From positions 641 to 64,640 of the forward strand of contig CAZEAP010000004.1 of assembly GCA_964510315.1 (NCBI GenBank): DNA of 64,000 bases. The letters are read 5' to 3'. This DNA comes from an uncultured candidatus Brocadiaceae bacterium. GTDB taxonomy: Bacteria; Planctomycetota; Brocadiia; SM23-32. The notes beneath the pieces were generated by a model. It was not told where the DNA came from. It saw nothing but the letters and a program-made list of their open reading frames with translations, and did no database searches. Positions within the stretch are counted from its first letter, which is position 1. Every line of letters begins with the position of its first letter. A program made the position numbers and the translations under genes. Below, piece by piece: positions 55,416 through 64,000 of this stretch.

Positions 55416-56420
55416 ATGAGACTTATACAGGTGGGCGTTGGCGGCTTCGGACACGGATGGTTGCAGATCGTCCGGAAAGGCCCTTCGGTGAACCTGGTGG
55501 CCGTGGCCGACCTTGAAGACGAAGCCCTGGCGGCCGCCCGAGAGGAGACCGGGCTGACAGATGGGCAGTGCTTCGCGGACTACCGGGAGGCGTTCCGGCA
55601 GGTGGAGGCCGACGCCGTGCTCTGCGTCACCCCGCCGGCGGTGCACCACCGGGTGGCACTGGCCGCCTTCGAGCAGGGGCTGCACTGCCTGACCGAGAAG
55701 CCGCTCTCCGACACCATGGAGCGGGCCAGCCGGATGGTGGAGGCCGCCGACCGCGCGGACAGGGCTCTGATGGTCAGCCAGAACTACCGGTTTCGCTCAT
55801 GGGTGCGCACGATACGTTATCTTCTGGAAAGCGAGGAGTTCGGCGCCCCCGACAGCGCGCTTGTCCGGTTCGCGAAAGCCCCCCGGTTCGCGCGCTCTTT
55901 CCGGCTGAAGATGGAGCATCCCCTGGTGCGGGACATGAGCATCCACCACTTCGACCTGATGAGGGCGGTGAGCGGGCGGGAGCCCGTCTCGGTCTACGCG
56001 GAAACCTGGCGGCCGGCGTGGAGTTGGTTCGAGCACGACCCCTGCGCGGTGGCGCTCTTTGACTTCGAGGACGGGTTCAGATTCGTGTACCATGGCTCCT
56101 GGGTGACGCGGCGGCCGGAGACCACCTGGGCTGGTGAGTGGGCTGTGGAGTGCCCGCGGGCCGCCGTCGAACTCCGGGACGACCGGGTGCACATCGTGCC
56201 GGCCGAGCACCCGGAGCAGGACACCGAAGTGGAGCTGCAGAAGATGCCCTGCGAAGGACAGGAGTTCGCCCTGGGCGAGTTCACCCAGGCCATCGAGGAA
56301 GGGCGGGAGCCGGAGACCAGCGGGCGGGACAACTTGAAGAGCCTGGCGATGGTCTTTGCCACCACAGAGTCCGCCCGGCGCGGCGAGAGAGTGTACATCA
56401 AGGAAATCCTGCCGGCGTGA
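55416..56420 (+). CDS. Gfo/Idh/MocA-family NAD(P)-dependent oxidoreductase
   Basis: MRLIQVGVGGFGHGW Rossmann start after GGAGGTA. EKPLSDTMERASRM. 334 aa. Confidence 0.85.
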   Translation: MRLIQVGVGGFGHGWLQIVRKGPSVNLVAVADLEDEALAAAREETGLTDGQCFADYREAFRQVEADAVLCVTPPAVHHRVALAAFEQGLHCLTEKPLSDTMERASRMVEAADRADRALMVSQNYRFRSWVRTIRYLLESEEFGAPDSALVRFAKAPRFARSFRLKMEHPLVRDMSIHHFDLMRAVSGREPVSVYAETWRPAWSWFEHDPCAVALFDFEDGFRFVYHGSWVTRRPETTWAGEWAVECPRAAVELRDDRVHIVPAEHPEQDTEVELQKMPCEGQEFALGEFTQAIEEGREPETSGRDNLKSLAMVFATTESARRGERVYIKEILPA

Positions 56421-56429
56421 GGAGGGGTC

Positions 56430-57446
56430 ATGGCCGAAAAGAAGGGGGCTGACTTTGCCAGAAGGCTGGAGGAGTTCAGCGAGAACGTGGACATCATGCT
56501 CTCGCAGATGGGACGGGTCATCTATGGCCAGCGACAGGTGCTGAGGCAGTTGATAGCCTGTATCGCGGCCCGGGGCCACTGCCTGATGGTCGGCGTCCCC
56601 GGGCTGGCCAAGACGATGATGGTCTCCTGCCTCGCAGAGGTCACCTCCCTCAGCTTCCGCCGCATTCAGTTTACCCCCGACCTGATGCCGACCGACATCA
56701 CCGGCACCGACGTGCTGGACGAGAGCACGGGGCAGCGGGAGTTCCGCTTTGTGCCGGGGCCTCTTTTTGCCCACATCGTGCTGGGCGACGAGATTAACCG
56801 CACACCGCCCAAGACCCAGGCCGCGCTCCTCCAGGCCATGCAGGAACGGGAGGTCACGGTCGGCCAGACCACCTACGACCTGCCGAACCCCTTCTTCGTG
56901 ATCGCCACTCAGAACCCCATCGAACAGGAGGGCACTTACCCCCTTCCCGAGGCCCAGCTTGACCGGTTCATGTTCAACATCCACATCGATTACCCCGAGG
57001 AAAGCGTCGAGCAGAAGATACTCTCCGAGACCACCCGGGGACCGCGGCCGCGGCTGGAGAGCGTGCTCGCCGGGAAGCAGATCCTCGCCATGCAGGAGTT
57101 GGTGCAAGACATTGTGACTTCCCCCTACGTGGTGGAGTACACCTCCAACCTCGTACGGGCCTCCCGGCCGACGTCCGAGACCGCCCCCGAGTTCATCCGG
57201 GACTTCGTGGACTGGGGCGTCGGCCCGCGGGCCGGCCAGCACCTGCTTCTGGGGGCAAAGGCCATGGCCGCCATCGACGGACGCGTCAACGTCGCCACCC
57301 AGGACATACGAGACGTGGCCGTGCCCGTGCTGCGCCATCGGATCGCCTGTAACTTCCAGGCACAGGCGGAGGGAATCGACAGCGTCCAGGTCGTTGAGAT
57401 GCTGGTGGCCCAGATACCCGAACCATCGGTCAGCCGGCGGACGTAG
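56430..57446 (+). CDS. MoxR-family AAA+ ATPase
   Basis: GHCLMVGVPGLAKT (Walker A), GDEINRTPPKTQAALLQAMQE (Walker B / sensor). 338 aa. No adjacent VWA partner. Confidence 0.9.
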   Translation: MAEKKGADFARRLEEFSENVDIMLSQMGRVIYGQRQVLRQLIACIAARGHCLMVGVPGLAKTMMVSCLAEVTSLSFRRIQFTPDLMPTDITGTDVLDESTGQREFRFVPGPLFAHIVLGDEINRTPPKTQAALLQAMQEREVTVGQTTYDLPNPFFVIATQNPIEQEGTYPLPEAQLDRFMFNIHIDYPEESVEQKILSETTRGPRPRLESVLAGKQILAMQELVQDIVTSPYVVEYTSNLVRASRPTSETAPEFIRDFVDWGVGPRAGQHLLLGAKAMAAIDGRVNVATQDIRDVAVPVLRHRIACNFQAQAEGIDSVQVVEMLVAQIPEPSVSRRT

Positions 57447-57536
57447 CCGGCACGTCCGCCGAATACGTCGTGTGCAACTACATTGACGCGGCCGTCGGCC
57501 GCCGAAGCCTCCTGCCGCCGAGAGGAGACAAATCTC

Positions 57537-58724
57537 GTGAATGAGTCCCCCATCCACGTCGCCGTCTTCGGAGCCGGAGCCCTGGGGCTCGGCTTCCTGG
57601 GGGACGAACTTTCGGCCGACTGCCGGGTTACCTACCTGGACATCCCGGCCAAAGCCGACCTGCTGGACCACCTGGAGCGGGAGGGATCCTACACCTTCAA
57701 CCAGTCCGGCCTGTCCATGCGGTCGGTCCGCGTCGATCGAGTCAACGGCGTCCAACTGCGGGACGGGCCGGAGCGCGACGTCGCTCAGGTTCTTGACGAT
57801 GCCGACCTGGTGTTCACGGCCGTGGGCGCGCGGAACCTGCACGGGCTGGCGTCGGTGCTGGCGGCCGCCGCCGGCCGGCGCGGTCCCGAACGGCCCCTCC
57901 GGGTGCTCTGTGGCGAGAACGGGGTCGAGATCGCCGCGGGCCTCCTTCGGGCCGTGCGGGAGCGGCCCGGCCCGGACCTGACGGACCGGCTGCGGACGGG
58001 CGACACCGTGATGGGCAGGATGTGCCAGACCGTCACCGACCCGAAGCCGCCGGTCCGGCCCGCCGCGCCCGGTCTGAAGTGGGGCGTGGTGGCGGAGCCG
58101 TACTTCGGCATTCCGGTGCAGGAGCACGCCGTGGAAGGGATGCCGGCCACTCCCGTGGCCGTCCGGCCCCTGCCGGAGAGGGAGTTCGCCGCCGCGGAGG
58201 ACTCCAAGATGCTCGCCCACAACGGGCTCCACCTGTTCCTCTCCGCGATGGGCTGCCTCCGCGGGGCGACGTATTTCAGCGAATTGCGGGACGACGCCGA
58301 CCTGATGGAACAGGCCCGCCGCCTTCTGGTGGATGAGGCCACCGCAGCCCTCCTTTCGCGGCACGGAGCGGCCCTGGACCGCAACGCCCAGATGAACTAC
58401 TGCGATTCCATACTTCGCCGTACCACCTGCCCCGTCTTCCACGATTCCGTCGACCGGGGCATACGCGGCATCATGCGCAAACTCCGACCCACCGAGCGGC
58501 TCGTCTACGCGGTGCGAACAGTGGCCGGGGAGGGCATCCGGCCCGAACTCTACGCCAGGGCTCTGGCGGCCGCCGCCGCGGTGGCCCGTCGGGAGGGGGA
58601 GACCGAGATGGATCTCCGCCCGCTGCTCAACGAGCACTGCGGCTTCGAACCGGACGAAGAGGCCGAACTCATCGCACTGATCGTGTCCGCCTACGATGAC
58701 CTGACGGCCGAAACTGCCTCGTAG
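57537..58724 (+). CDS. Mannitol-1-phosphate 5-dehydrogenase (MtlD) family oxidoreductase
   Basis: IHVAVFGAGALGLGFLG Rossmann. KMLAHNGLH and HDSVDRGIRGIMRKLRPTERL align to MtlD blocks (KLFTLNTGH / DDVERVGR.PLRKL..DRL). Start at GTG 57537 or ATG 57541 after GAGGAG. Confidence 0.7.
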   Translation: MNESPIHVAVFGAGALGLGFLGDELSADCRVTYLDIPAKADLLDHLEREGSYTFNQSGLSMRSVRVDRVNGVQLRDGPERDVAQVLDDADLVFTAVGARNLHGLASVLAAAAGRRGPERPLRVLCGENGVEIAAGLLRAVRERPGPDLTDRLRTGDTVMGRMCQTVTDPKPPVRPAAPGLKWGVVAEPYFGIPVQEHAVEGMPATPVAVRPLPEREFAAAEDSKMLAHNGLHLFLSAMGCLRGATYFSELRDDADLMEQARRLLVDEATAALLSRHGAALDRNAQMNYCDSILRRTTCPVFHDSVDRGIRGIMRKLRPTERLVYAVRTVAGEGIRPELYARALAAAAAVARREGETEMDLRPLLNEHCGFEPDEEAELIALIVSAYDDLTAETAS

Positions 58725-58807
58725 AAAGCGTCTGCAATCCAGCCGGAGCTGGTTATCAGCGGGCGCTGTTTTTACGAGCGACGCCTGCCCGCCTCGGGAG
58801 AGCCTGC

Positions 58808-58888
58808 CCGCCTGGAAGAGAAGGCACAGGGCGATGGAACGGCGGCATGCGTTCGGCGCCTGCGGGGGAGGTGCCTCAGCATGACGCC
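58808..58888 (+). promoter_or_regulatory. Conserved upstream element (copy B) with a partial internal duplication
   Basis: GAACGGCGGCATGCGTTCGGCGCCTGCGGGGGAGGTGCCTCAGCATGACG is about 80% identical to 26515-26567. Hairpin stem kept with a G-U compensatory change. CGCCTGGAAGAGAAGGC sits just upstream. Lies about 90 nt before the 58976 start. Short ORF MRSAPAGEVPQHD... Confidence 0.3.
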
Positions 58889-58975
58889 GCGAGGCGGGCG
58901 CCTTTGCGGCTCTCCCTTGCGGTGCGGCCCGGAGAAAGCTATGCTCCCCGCTTCCGCCGACTGGAGGAGTAACCA

Positions 58976-59962
58976 ATGCCGGAGACGATCAGATGGGGCA
59001 TTTTGGGCACCGGGTCCATAGCGCACAAGTTCGCACGCGGCCTGGAATGCCTGGAGGATGCCGAGCTGGCCGCCGTCGGCTCGCGCGCACAGGAGACCGC
59101 CGACGAGTTCGCCGACGAGTTCGGGGCGCCCCGGCGGCACGACAGCTACGCCGGGCTGGCCGACGATCCGGAGGTCGACGTGGTCTACGTGGCCACGCCC
59201 CACACCCTCCACCGCGACAACACGCTGCTGTGCCTGCGGGCCGGGAAGGCGGTGCTCTGTGAGAAGCCCCTCGCCGCCAACGCCGCCCAGGCGGAGGATA
59301 TGGTCTCCGCCGCCCGCGAGGAAGGCATCTTCCTGATGGAGGCGATGTGGACCCGCTTCATACCCGCTGTCGTGCGATTGCGGGAGCTGCTGGCCGAGGG
59401 TGCGGTGGGCGATCTGCGGATGCTGAAGGCGGATTTCTGCTTCCGGACCAGCTGGAATCCCGAAGGCCGCCTCCTCAATCCGGAGCTGGCCGGCGGCGCG
59501 CTGCTGGACGTGGGCTGCTACACCGTCTCGCTGGCTTCGATGGTCTGCGGGCGCAAACCCCTCGCGGTCGCCTCCCTGGCCGAGATCGGGAAGACGGGCG
59601 TGGACGAGCAGTCCGCCATCTTGCTCCGCTACGCGGGCGGACGGCTGGCCGTCCTGACCTGCGCCGTGCGGACCTCCACCCCCCACGAGGCCCACTTCTA
59701 CGGCACCGAGGGCCGCATCAAAGTCCACCATCCCTTCTGGCACGCACAGGAGCTTACCGTCTGCGGCCGGGACGGCGAGGAAGAGGTGCTGGAGATACCC
59801 TACGAGGGCAACGGCTACAACTACGAAGCCGCCGAAGTGATGGAGTGCCTCCGCCAGGGGCGGACCGAGAGCGAAATCATGCCCCTGGACGACTCTCTGG
59901 CCGTCATGCGCACGCTGGACTGGATTCGCGCGCAATGGGGCCTCAGCTACCCCTTCGAGTAA
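58976..59962 (+). CDS. Gfo/Idh/MocA-family oxidoreductase
   Basis: IRWGILGTGSIAHKF, EKPLAANAAQAE. 328 aa. Confidence 0.85.
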   Translation: MPETIRWGILGTGSIAHKFARGLECLEDAELAAVGSRAQETADEFADEFGAPRRHDSYAGLADDPEVDVVYVATPHTLHRDNTLLCLRAGKAVLCEKPLAANAAQAEDMVSAAREEGIFLMEAMWTRFIPAVVRLRELLAEGAVGDLRMLKADFCFRTSWNPEGRLLNPELAGGALLDVGCYTVSLASMVCGRKPLAVASLAEIGKTGVDEQSAILLRYAGGRLAVLTCAVRTSTPHEAHFYGTEGRIKVHHPFWHAQELTVCGRDGEEEVLEIPYEGNGYNYEAAEVMECLRQGRTESEIMPLDDSLAVMRTLDWIRAQWGLSYPFE

Positions 59963-60019
59963 AGGGCGCCGCCGGCGCCGCGCGGGCCCCCACTCATTGA
60001 GACGAAACGGACAAGAAAC

Positions 60020-60985
60020 ATGGAGTACGGATCGGTTGAAGGCATCGGGAAGCCGATCTCCCGACTGGTGCTGGGCACGATGGTGGTGGACCCCGGACGG
60101 GAGGCCGAAAGCCTCCGGCTGCTCGACGAGGCCCACGAGGTGGGCTACAACGCTTTCGACACGGCCCACGTCTACGGTGAGGGCCGGGAGCGGACGTTCG
60201 GCAAGTGGATCGCGGAGCGCGGCGTGCGGGAGGACGTTGTCATCCTGGGCAAGGGCGCCCACCCCGGCGGCGAGGGCGCGCGGGTGCGGCCCGACGCCAT
60301 ACGCTCGGACCTGGAGGACAGCCTGGAGCGCCTGGGGACCGACTACATCGACCTCTACATGCTCCACCGCGACGATCCGTCCGTGCCCGTGGGGCCGATC
60401 GTTGATGCGCTGAACGAGCTGCGCGAGGAAGGGCTGACTCGTGCCTTCGGCGGCTCCAACTGGACCTGGCAGCGCATCCGCGAGGCCAACCGCTACGCGG
60501 AGGGCAACGGGCTGGTGCCTTTCGCCGCCACCAGCCCCAACTACAGCCTGGCCGTGCAGATCGGGGAGGCGTGGGGCGGCTGCCTGACCATCGGCGGGCC
60601 GGAAGGCGAGGAGGCCAGGGAATGGTACCGGGAGCAGGGGATGCCCGTGTTTGCCTGGTCCAGCCTGGCGCGGGGATTCCTCTCGGGGCGGCTGACCAGC
60701 GGCAATTTCGCGGAGATCAGGGACTCGCTCGACCCCGCCTGCCTGCGGGGATTCTGTCACGAGCCGAACTTCCGCCGCCTGGACCGCGCGCATGAGCTGG
60801 CCCGCCGGAAGGGGGTCTCGGTGCCGCGCCTGGCCCTGGCCTTCGTCCTCAACCAGGACCTGGAGGTCTTCCCACTGGTCGGCCCCCGAAACCGCGAGGA
60901 GCTGGAGGACGACGCGGCCGCCCTGGAGCTTAAGCTCTCCCCCGAAGAACTCGCCTGGCTCGACCTGAAGCGAGAATCCCTGTAG
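60020..60985 (+). CDS. Aldo/keto reductase
   Basis: DTAHVYGEG, YIDLYMLHRDD, and the AKR catalytic tetrad context. 321 aa. Confidence 0.9.
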   Translation: MEYGSVEGIGKPISRLVLGTMVVDPGREAESLRLLDEAHEVGYNAFDTAHVYGEGRERTFGKWIAERGVREDVVILGKGAHPGGEGARVRPDAIRSDLEDSLERLGTDYIDLYMLHRDDPSVPVGPIVDALNELREEGLTRAFGGSNWTWQRIREANRYAEGNGLVPFAATSPNYSLAVQIGEAWGGCLTIGGPEGEEAREWYREQGMPVFAWSSLARGFLSGRLTSGNFAEIRDSLDPACLRGFCHEPNFRRLDRAHELARRKGVSVPRLALAFVLNQDLEVFPLVGPRNREELEDDAAALELKLSPEELAWLDLKRESL

Positions 60986-61021
60986 GACCCACGCCGGTCA
61001 GTGTTTGGGGCGCCTACAGCG

Positions 61022-61489
61022 CTATCGTCGGCGGTGGAGTTCGCGCTGGAGGTCGCGGCGGCGCTGGCGCTCTTCCTTCTGTCGGCGCTTGTCCCAGCTC
61101 TTTTTGTGGCGGGCCAGCGCCAGTTCCACCTTGGCGTAGCCCTCCCGGAAGTAGACGCTCAGCGGGATGAGGGTGTAGCCCCTCTGGGTGCACTGGGAGA
61201 TGATGCGGTCGATCTGGCGCCGGTGCAGCAGAAGCTTGCGGGGGCGTTTGGGGTCGTGGTTCTGGATGTTCCCCGCCTCGTAGGGCGGTATGTGCATGTC
61301 GTAGAGGTACAGCTCGTCGCCCTTCGGCCGGGCGAAAGCCTCGGCAATGCTGGAGTTGCCCTCCCGAAGGCTTTTCACCTCCGTGCCCCGCAGGACGAGG
61401 CCTGCCTCGTAGGTGTCCTCTATCTCGTACTCGTGACGCGCCTTCCGATTGCGGGCCACGATCTTGACGCCTTTGTCGGTTGGGGACAT
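61022..61489 (-). CDS. smpB: SsrA-binding protein SmpB
   Basis: ARNRKARHEYEIEDTYEAGLVLRGTEVKSLR and a basic C-terminal tail. 155 aa. Confidence 0.9.
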   Translation of the reverse strand: MSPTDKGVKIVARNRKARHEYEIEDTYEAGLVLRGTEVKSLREGNSSIAEAFARPKGDELYLYDMHIPPYEAGNIQNHDPKRPRKLLLHRRQIDRIISQCTQRGYTLIPLSVYFREGYAKVELALARHKKSWDKRRQKEERQRRRDLQRELHRRR

Positions 61490-61566
61490 AACGAGGCCAT
61501 CTTAGCGAGGGCGGCGGCTGAATGCAAAATCGGCTCGCCCCCGGCGCACGGAGGTCACGTCCGGAG

Positions 61567-62283
61567 CTACCAGGAGATGATCTCCCTGCGGTGATACAGC
61601 GCGCCGGACCGCAGCTCGTCCGGCTCCGCCGTGGCCAGCCAGAGGGGCGTGTCGACGCCTTCCTCCACCGAGAGCGGCGCGTCCTCTCCGCCCATCTCCG
61701 TCCGCACCCAGCCGGGGTCCACCGAGAAGACCAGCACATTGGTCGTCTCCAGTTCGGCGGCCAGCACTTTGGTCAGGCCGTTGAGGGCGGTCTTCGAAAT
61801 GCTGTAGGCCGGGTAGCGCCCGCTGTGGGGGACCGACAGCCGGCCGAGCCCCGAAGTGAAGTTGATGATGCGCCCGGAGGGGGAGTTCCCCAGCAGCGGC
61901 AACAGTGCGGTGCACATCCAGAGGATGCCGCGGAAGTTGGTCTCCATCGTCGCGGCCAGGACCTCCGGGCTTAGGTCCTCCAGCGTTGCACCCTCCCCCT
62001 CCAGGTTGACCCCCGCGCAGTTGGCCAGCACGTCGACCCTGGTGAAGAGGGCCGCCACCTCGTCGGCCAGGTCCCGGATGTCGGCGGGGCTCCGGAGGTC
62101 GGCGATGAACAGGGAGACGTCCAGCCCCTGAGTGCGCAGTTCACTCTCGGCGAGCTGGCCGGACATCTTGTCCCGGCAGACCATCAGCACCGTCTGCCCC
62201 CGCCGGGCCAGCGCTTCGGTCAGTCCCCGCCCGAGCCCCCGGTTGGCACCCGTCACCACGGCAACCTTCGCCTGCATGGACAT
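61567..62283 (-). CDS. SDR-family oxidoreductase (carbonyl-reductase-like)
   Basis: VAVVTGANRGLG, NCAG, YPAYSISK (YxxxK). Start ATG at 62283. Confidence 0.85.
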   Translation of the reverse strand: MSMQAKVAVVTGANRGLGRGLTEALARRGQTVLMVCRDKMSGQLAESELRTQGLDVSLFIADLRSPADIRDLADEVAALFTRVDVLANCAGVNLEGEGATLEDLSPEVLAATMETNFRGILWMCTALLPLLGNSPSGRIINFTSGLGRLSVPHSGRYPAYSISKTALNGLTKVLAAELETTNVLVFSVDPGWVRTEMGGEDAPLSVEEGVDTPLWLATAEPDELRSGALYHRREIISW

Positions 62284-62425
62284 GACGCCACTCCCCCGCA
62301 AAAGCCGGTTCCCCCTCGTCGACCATGATAGCCCGCGCGGACCGGGCAGGGCAACGGAGGGGGCACGCTTTGCTTTGCGGCCCGGCAGTCGGTATGATAA
62401 CCGACCGACCCGCGAGGAGGCGCGC

Positions 62426-62836
62426 ATGTTGTGCCCCGCGTGCGAAAAAGAGATGCTCGTGCTGGAGTTCGAGCACGTGGAGCTGGACTACTGCTGTGCG
62501 TGCGGCGGGGTCTGGCTGGATTCGGGCGAGCTGGAGCTGATCGGACAGCGGGCCGGCGTGCTGGAGGGGGAGTTCCTCCGGGCGCTGTCTTCGGAGCGCG
62601 GGAAAAAGCCCACCGACGGCGGCAGGCGCCCCTGCCCCGTATGCCGCAAACCGATGCGGGAGGTTCAGACCGACACCGATCCCCCCGTAGTGGTGGACCG
62701 GTGCGCGCGGCGGCACGGCCTGTGGTTCGACCGGGGAGAGCTGCGGGCGGTGGTGAGGGCGGCGGGCGCCGAGGAGGCCAATCCGCTGGTGCGGTTCTTC
62801 GGGGAGCTGGCCACCGACCATCCCGAGCCCCCGTAG
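62426..62836 (+). CDS. Duplicated zinc-ribbon (zf-TFIIB-like, PF13453-type) protein
   Basis: Two copies of CPxC-x15-CCAC/CPVC-x17-C with the ...GVWLDSGEL / ...GLWFDRGEL signature. 136 aa. Confidence 0.7.
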   Translation: MLCPACEKEMLVLEFEHVELDYCCACGGVWLDSGELELIGQRAGVLEGEFLRALSSERGKKPTDGGRRPCPVCRKPMREVQTDTDPPVVVDRCARRHGLWFDRGELRAVVRAAGAEEANPLVRFFGELATDHPEPP

Positions 62837-62900
62837 GCGCCGGGCCCGCGCTCCCCGCCCGAGACGTTAAAGGCATCTGACCAAAAGGAGGTCGCGACAT

Positions 62901-63467
62901 ATGGAAGCCGTTACGATCGTTCTGCTGGTTCTCGGGGGCCTGATCGTCGTCATCGGCCTTTGGGTGGCGCTGACCTACAACGGGCTGATTCGTCTGCGAC
63001 AGCGGGTCAACAACGCCTGGGCGCAGATCGACGTGCAGCTCAAACGCCGGCACGACCTGATCCCCAACCTGGTGGAGACGGCCAAAGGCTACATGGAGCA
63101 CGAGAGGGAAACCCTCGAGGAAGTGACCAAGGCCCGCAACCTGGCGCAGCAGGCCGGGGGCCCCGGCGAGGCGGCGGGCGCCGAGCAGCAGCTCAGCAAC
63201 GCCCTGGGGCAGTTCTTCGTGGTGGTCGAACGCTACCCCGACCTGAAGGCCAACCAGAACTTCCTGGCCCTCCAGGAGGAGCTGACCTCCACGGAGAACA
63301 AAATCGGCTTCGCCCGCCAGTTCTACAACGATCAGGCCATGAAGCTGAACACGCGCATCCAGAGCGTGCCGGCCAACATCGTGGCCGGGCTGTTCAACTT
63401 CCAGGAGCGCGATTTCTTCGAGGTGGAGTTGGAGGCCGAGAGGGCCGTCCCCGAGGTGGAGTTCTGA
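62901..63467 (+). CDS. lemA: LemA-family protein
   Basis: N-terminal TM helix, YNGLIRLRQRVNNAWAQIDVQLKRRHDLIPNLV, FVVVERYPDLKAN. 188 aa. Confidence 0.9.
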   Translation: MEAVTIVLLVLGGLIVVIGLWVALTYNGLIRLRQRVNNAWAQIDVQLKRRHDLIPNLVETAKGYMEHERETLEEVTKARNLAQQAGGPGEAAGAEQQLSNALGQFFVVVERYPDLKANQNFLALQEELTSTENKIGFARQFYNDQAMKLNTRIQSVPANIVAGLFNFQERDFFEVELEAERAVPEVEF

Positions 63468-63504
63468 GAGACTTTGAGAAGCCGGACTCGGCCCCGCCGG
63501 AACC

Positions 63505-64000
63505 ATGTGGGAAGCCATACGCGCCAATAAGCGTCGCTCGTTTCTCCTGATCTCCGCCCTCGGCGGCGTGCTCATCGCCCTGGGCTACCTGGTCGGCGCT
63601 TCCTTCCATCCCCGCGGCTGGATGGCGGGGATCGTCGTCGCCGTCACCCTCTGGCTTATCCTGACGGTGACGGCCACCCTGAGCGGCCGCAGGCTGCTGT
63701 TGGGCAGCGTGGGCGCCCGCCGCATCGAGCATGACGACTACCCCCTGCTGTTCAACGTTGTGGAGGAGATGACCATCGCCTCCGGGCTGCCCAAAATGCC
63801 GGAGGTCTACATCCTGGACTCCGACGCCCCCAACGCTTTCGCCGTGGGCGGCGAGGAGGAATCGGCCGTGGCCGTGACCACCGGCCTGCTGATGCGGCTG
63901 AGCCGCGACGAACTCCAGGGAGTGGTGGCCCACGAGATCGGCCACGTGGTCAACAACGACACCCGCTACATGACCCTGGCCGGGGTGCTTGTGGCGGCGA
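63505..64000 (+). CDS. M48-family (HtpX-like) zinc metallopeptidase, 3'-truncated by window end
   Basis: Two N-terminal TM helices and HEIGHVVNND. LemA plus M48/TPM pairing is common. Runs off the end of the window. Confidence 0.8.
   Translation, partial: MWEAIRANKRRSFLLISALGGVLIALGYLVGASFHPRGWMAGIVVAVTLWLILTVTATLSGRRLLLGSVGARRIEHDDYPLLFNVVEEMTIASGLPKMPEVYILDSDAPNAFAVGGEEESAVAVTTGLLMRLSRDELQGVVAHEIGHVVNNDTRYMTLAGVLVAA

Noticed and set aside
55797-60793. ORFs 55797-58976 minus (1059 aa) and 58772-60793 minus (673 aa)
   Set aside because: Antisense to five consecutive well-supported plus-strand oxidoreductase and MoxR genes. High-GC artefact.

Overview
High-GC (about 65-68%) bacterial chromosomal segment that is almost entirely protein-coding. 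It is a mix of housekeeping genes, sugar and surface-polysaccharide genes, and a short variable island.

Housekeeping content:
- hflX, xerC/D-like recombinase, rpoN, the recR-ybaB-dnaX cluster with an SRP RNA upstream, dprA, rpsT and smpB.
- A complete nine-gene V/A-type ATP synthase operon, flanked by a PTS EIIA(Ntr)-like gene and a UspA gene.

Sugar and surface-polysaccharide content:
- GT4 glycosyltransferase, DegT aminotransferase, a CE4 (NodB-type) polysaccharide deacetylase, a DUF1570 HExxH protein and GH-like beta-propeller proteins.
- A nucleotide-sugar dehydrogenase plus UDP-xylose synthase pair.
- Gfo/Idh/MocA, aldo/keto reductase and MtlD-family oxidoreductases.

The family mix (DUF1570, GH-like propellers, Gfo/Idh/MocA, V-type ATPase) is reminiscent of PVC/Planctomycetota-like genomes, but the taxon cannot be assigned from sequence alone.

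The most unusual region is about 11.45-16.3 kb. It holds a lower-GC Type II restriction-modification pair (beta-class SPPF methyltransferase plus HNH endonuclease). Downstream of the native prepilin peptidase gene there is an AT-rich tandem array of seven ~133-bp units. Each unit is bounded by inverted CACTGAT/ATCAGTG heptamer iterons, and three linker types recur between units. A GxxExxY (PD-(D/E)XK superfamily) gene is embedded in one unit. The array is not CRISPR-like and looks like a MITE/iteron satellite of unknown function.

Other notable items:
- A conserved ~55-bp hairpin motif upstream of two unrelated sugar genes.
- A 470-bp foldback element with perfect 25-bp terminal inverted repeats.
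- A TatC with a C-terminal FecR-like domain.
- A Tat-signal-bearing AmrS radical SAM enzyme.
- An aldo/keto reductase fused to Fe-S and CBM9-like domains.
- A fused NfnA-NfnB-like oxidoreductase.
- Gene remnants of a serpin, an Asp/Glu racemase and a frameshifted glycoside hydrolase.
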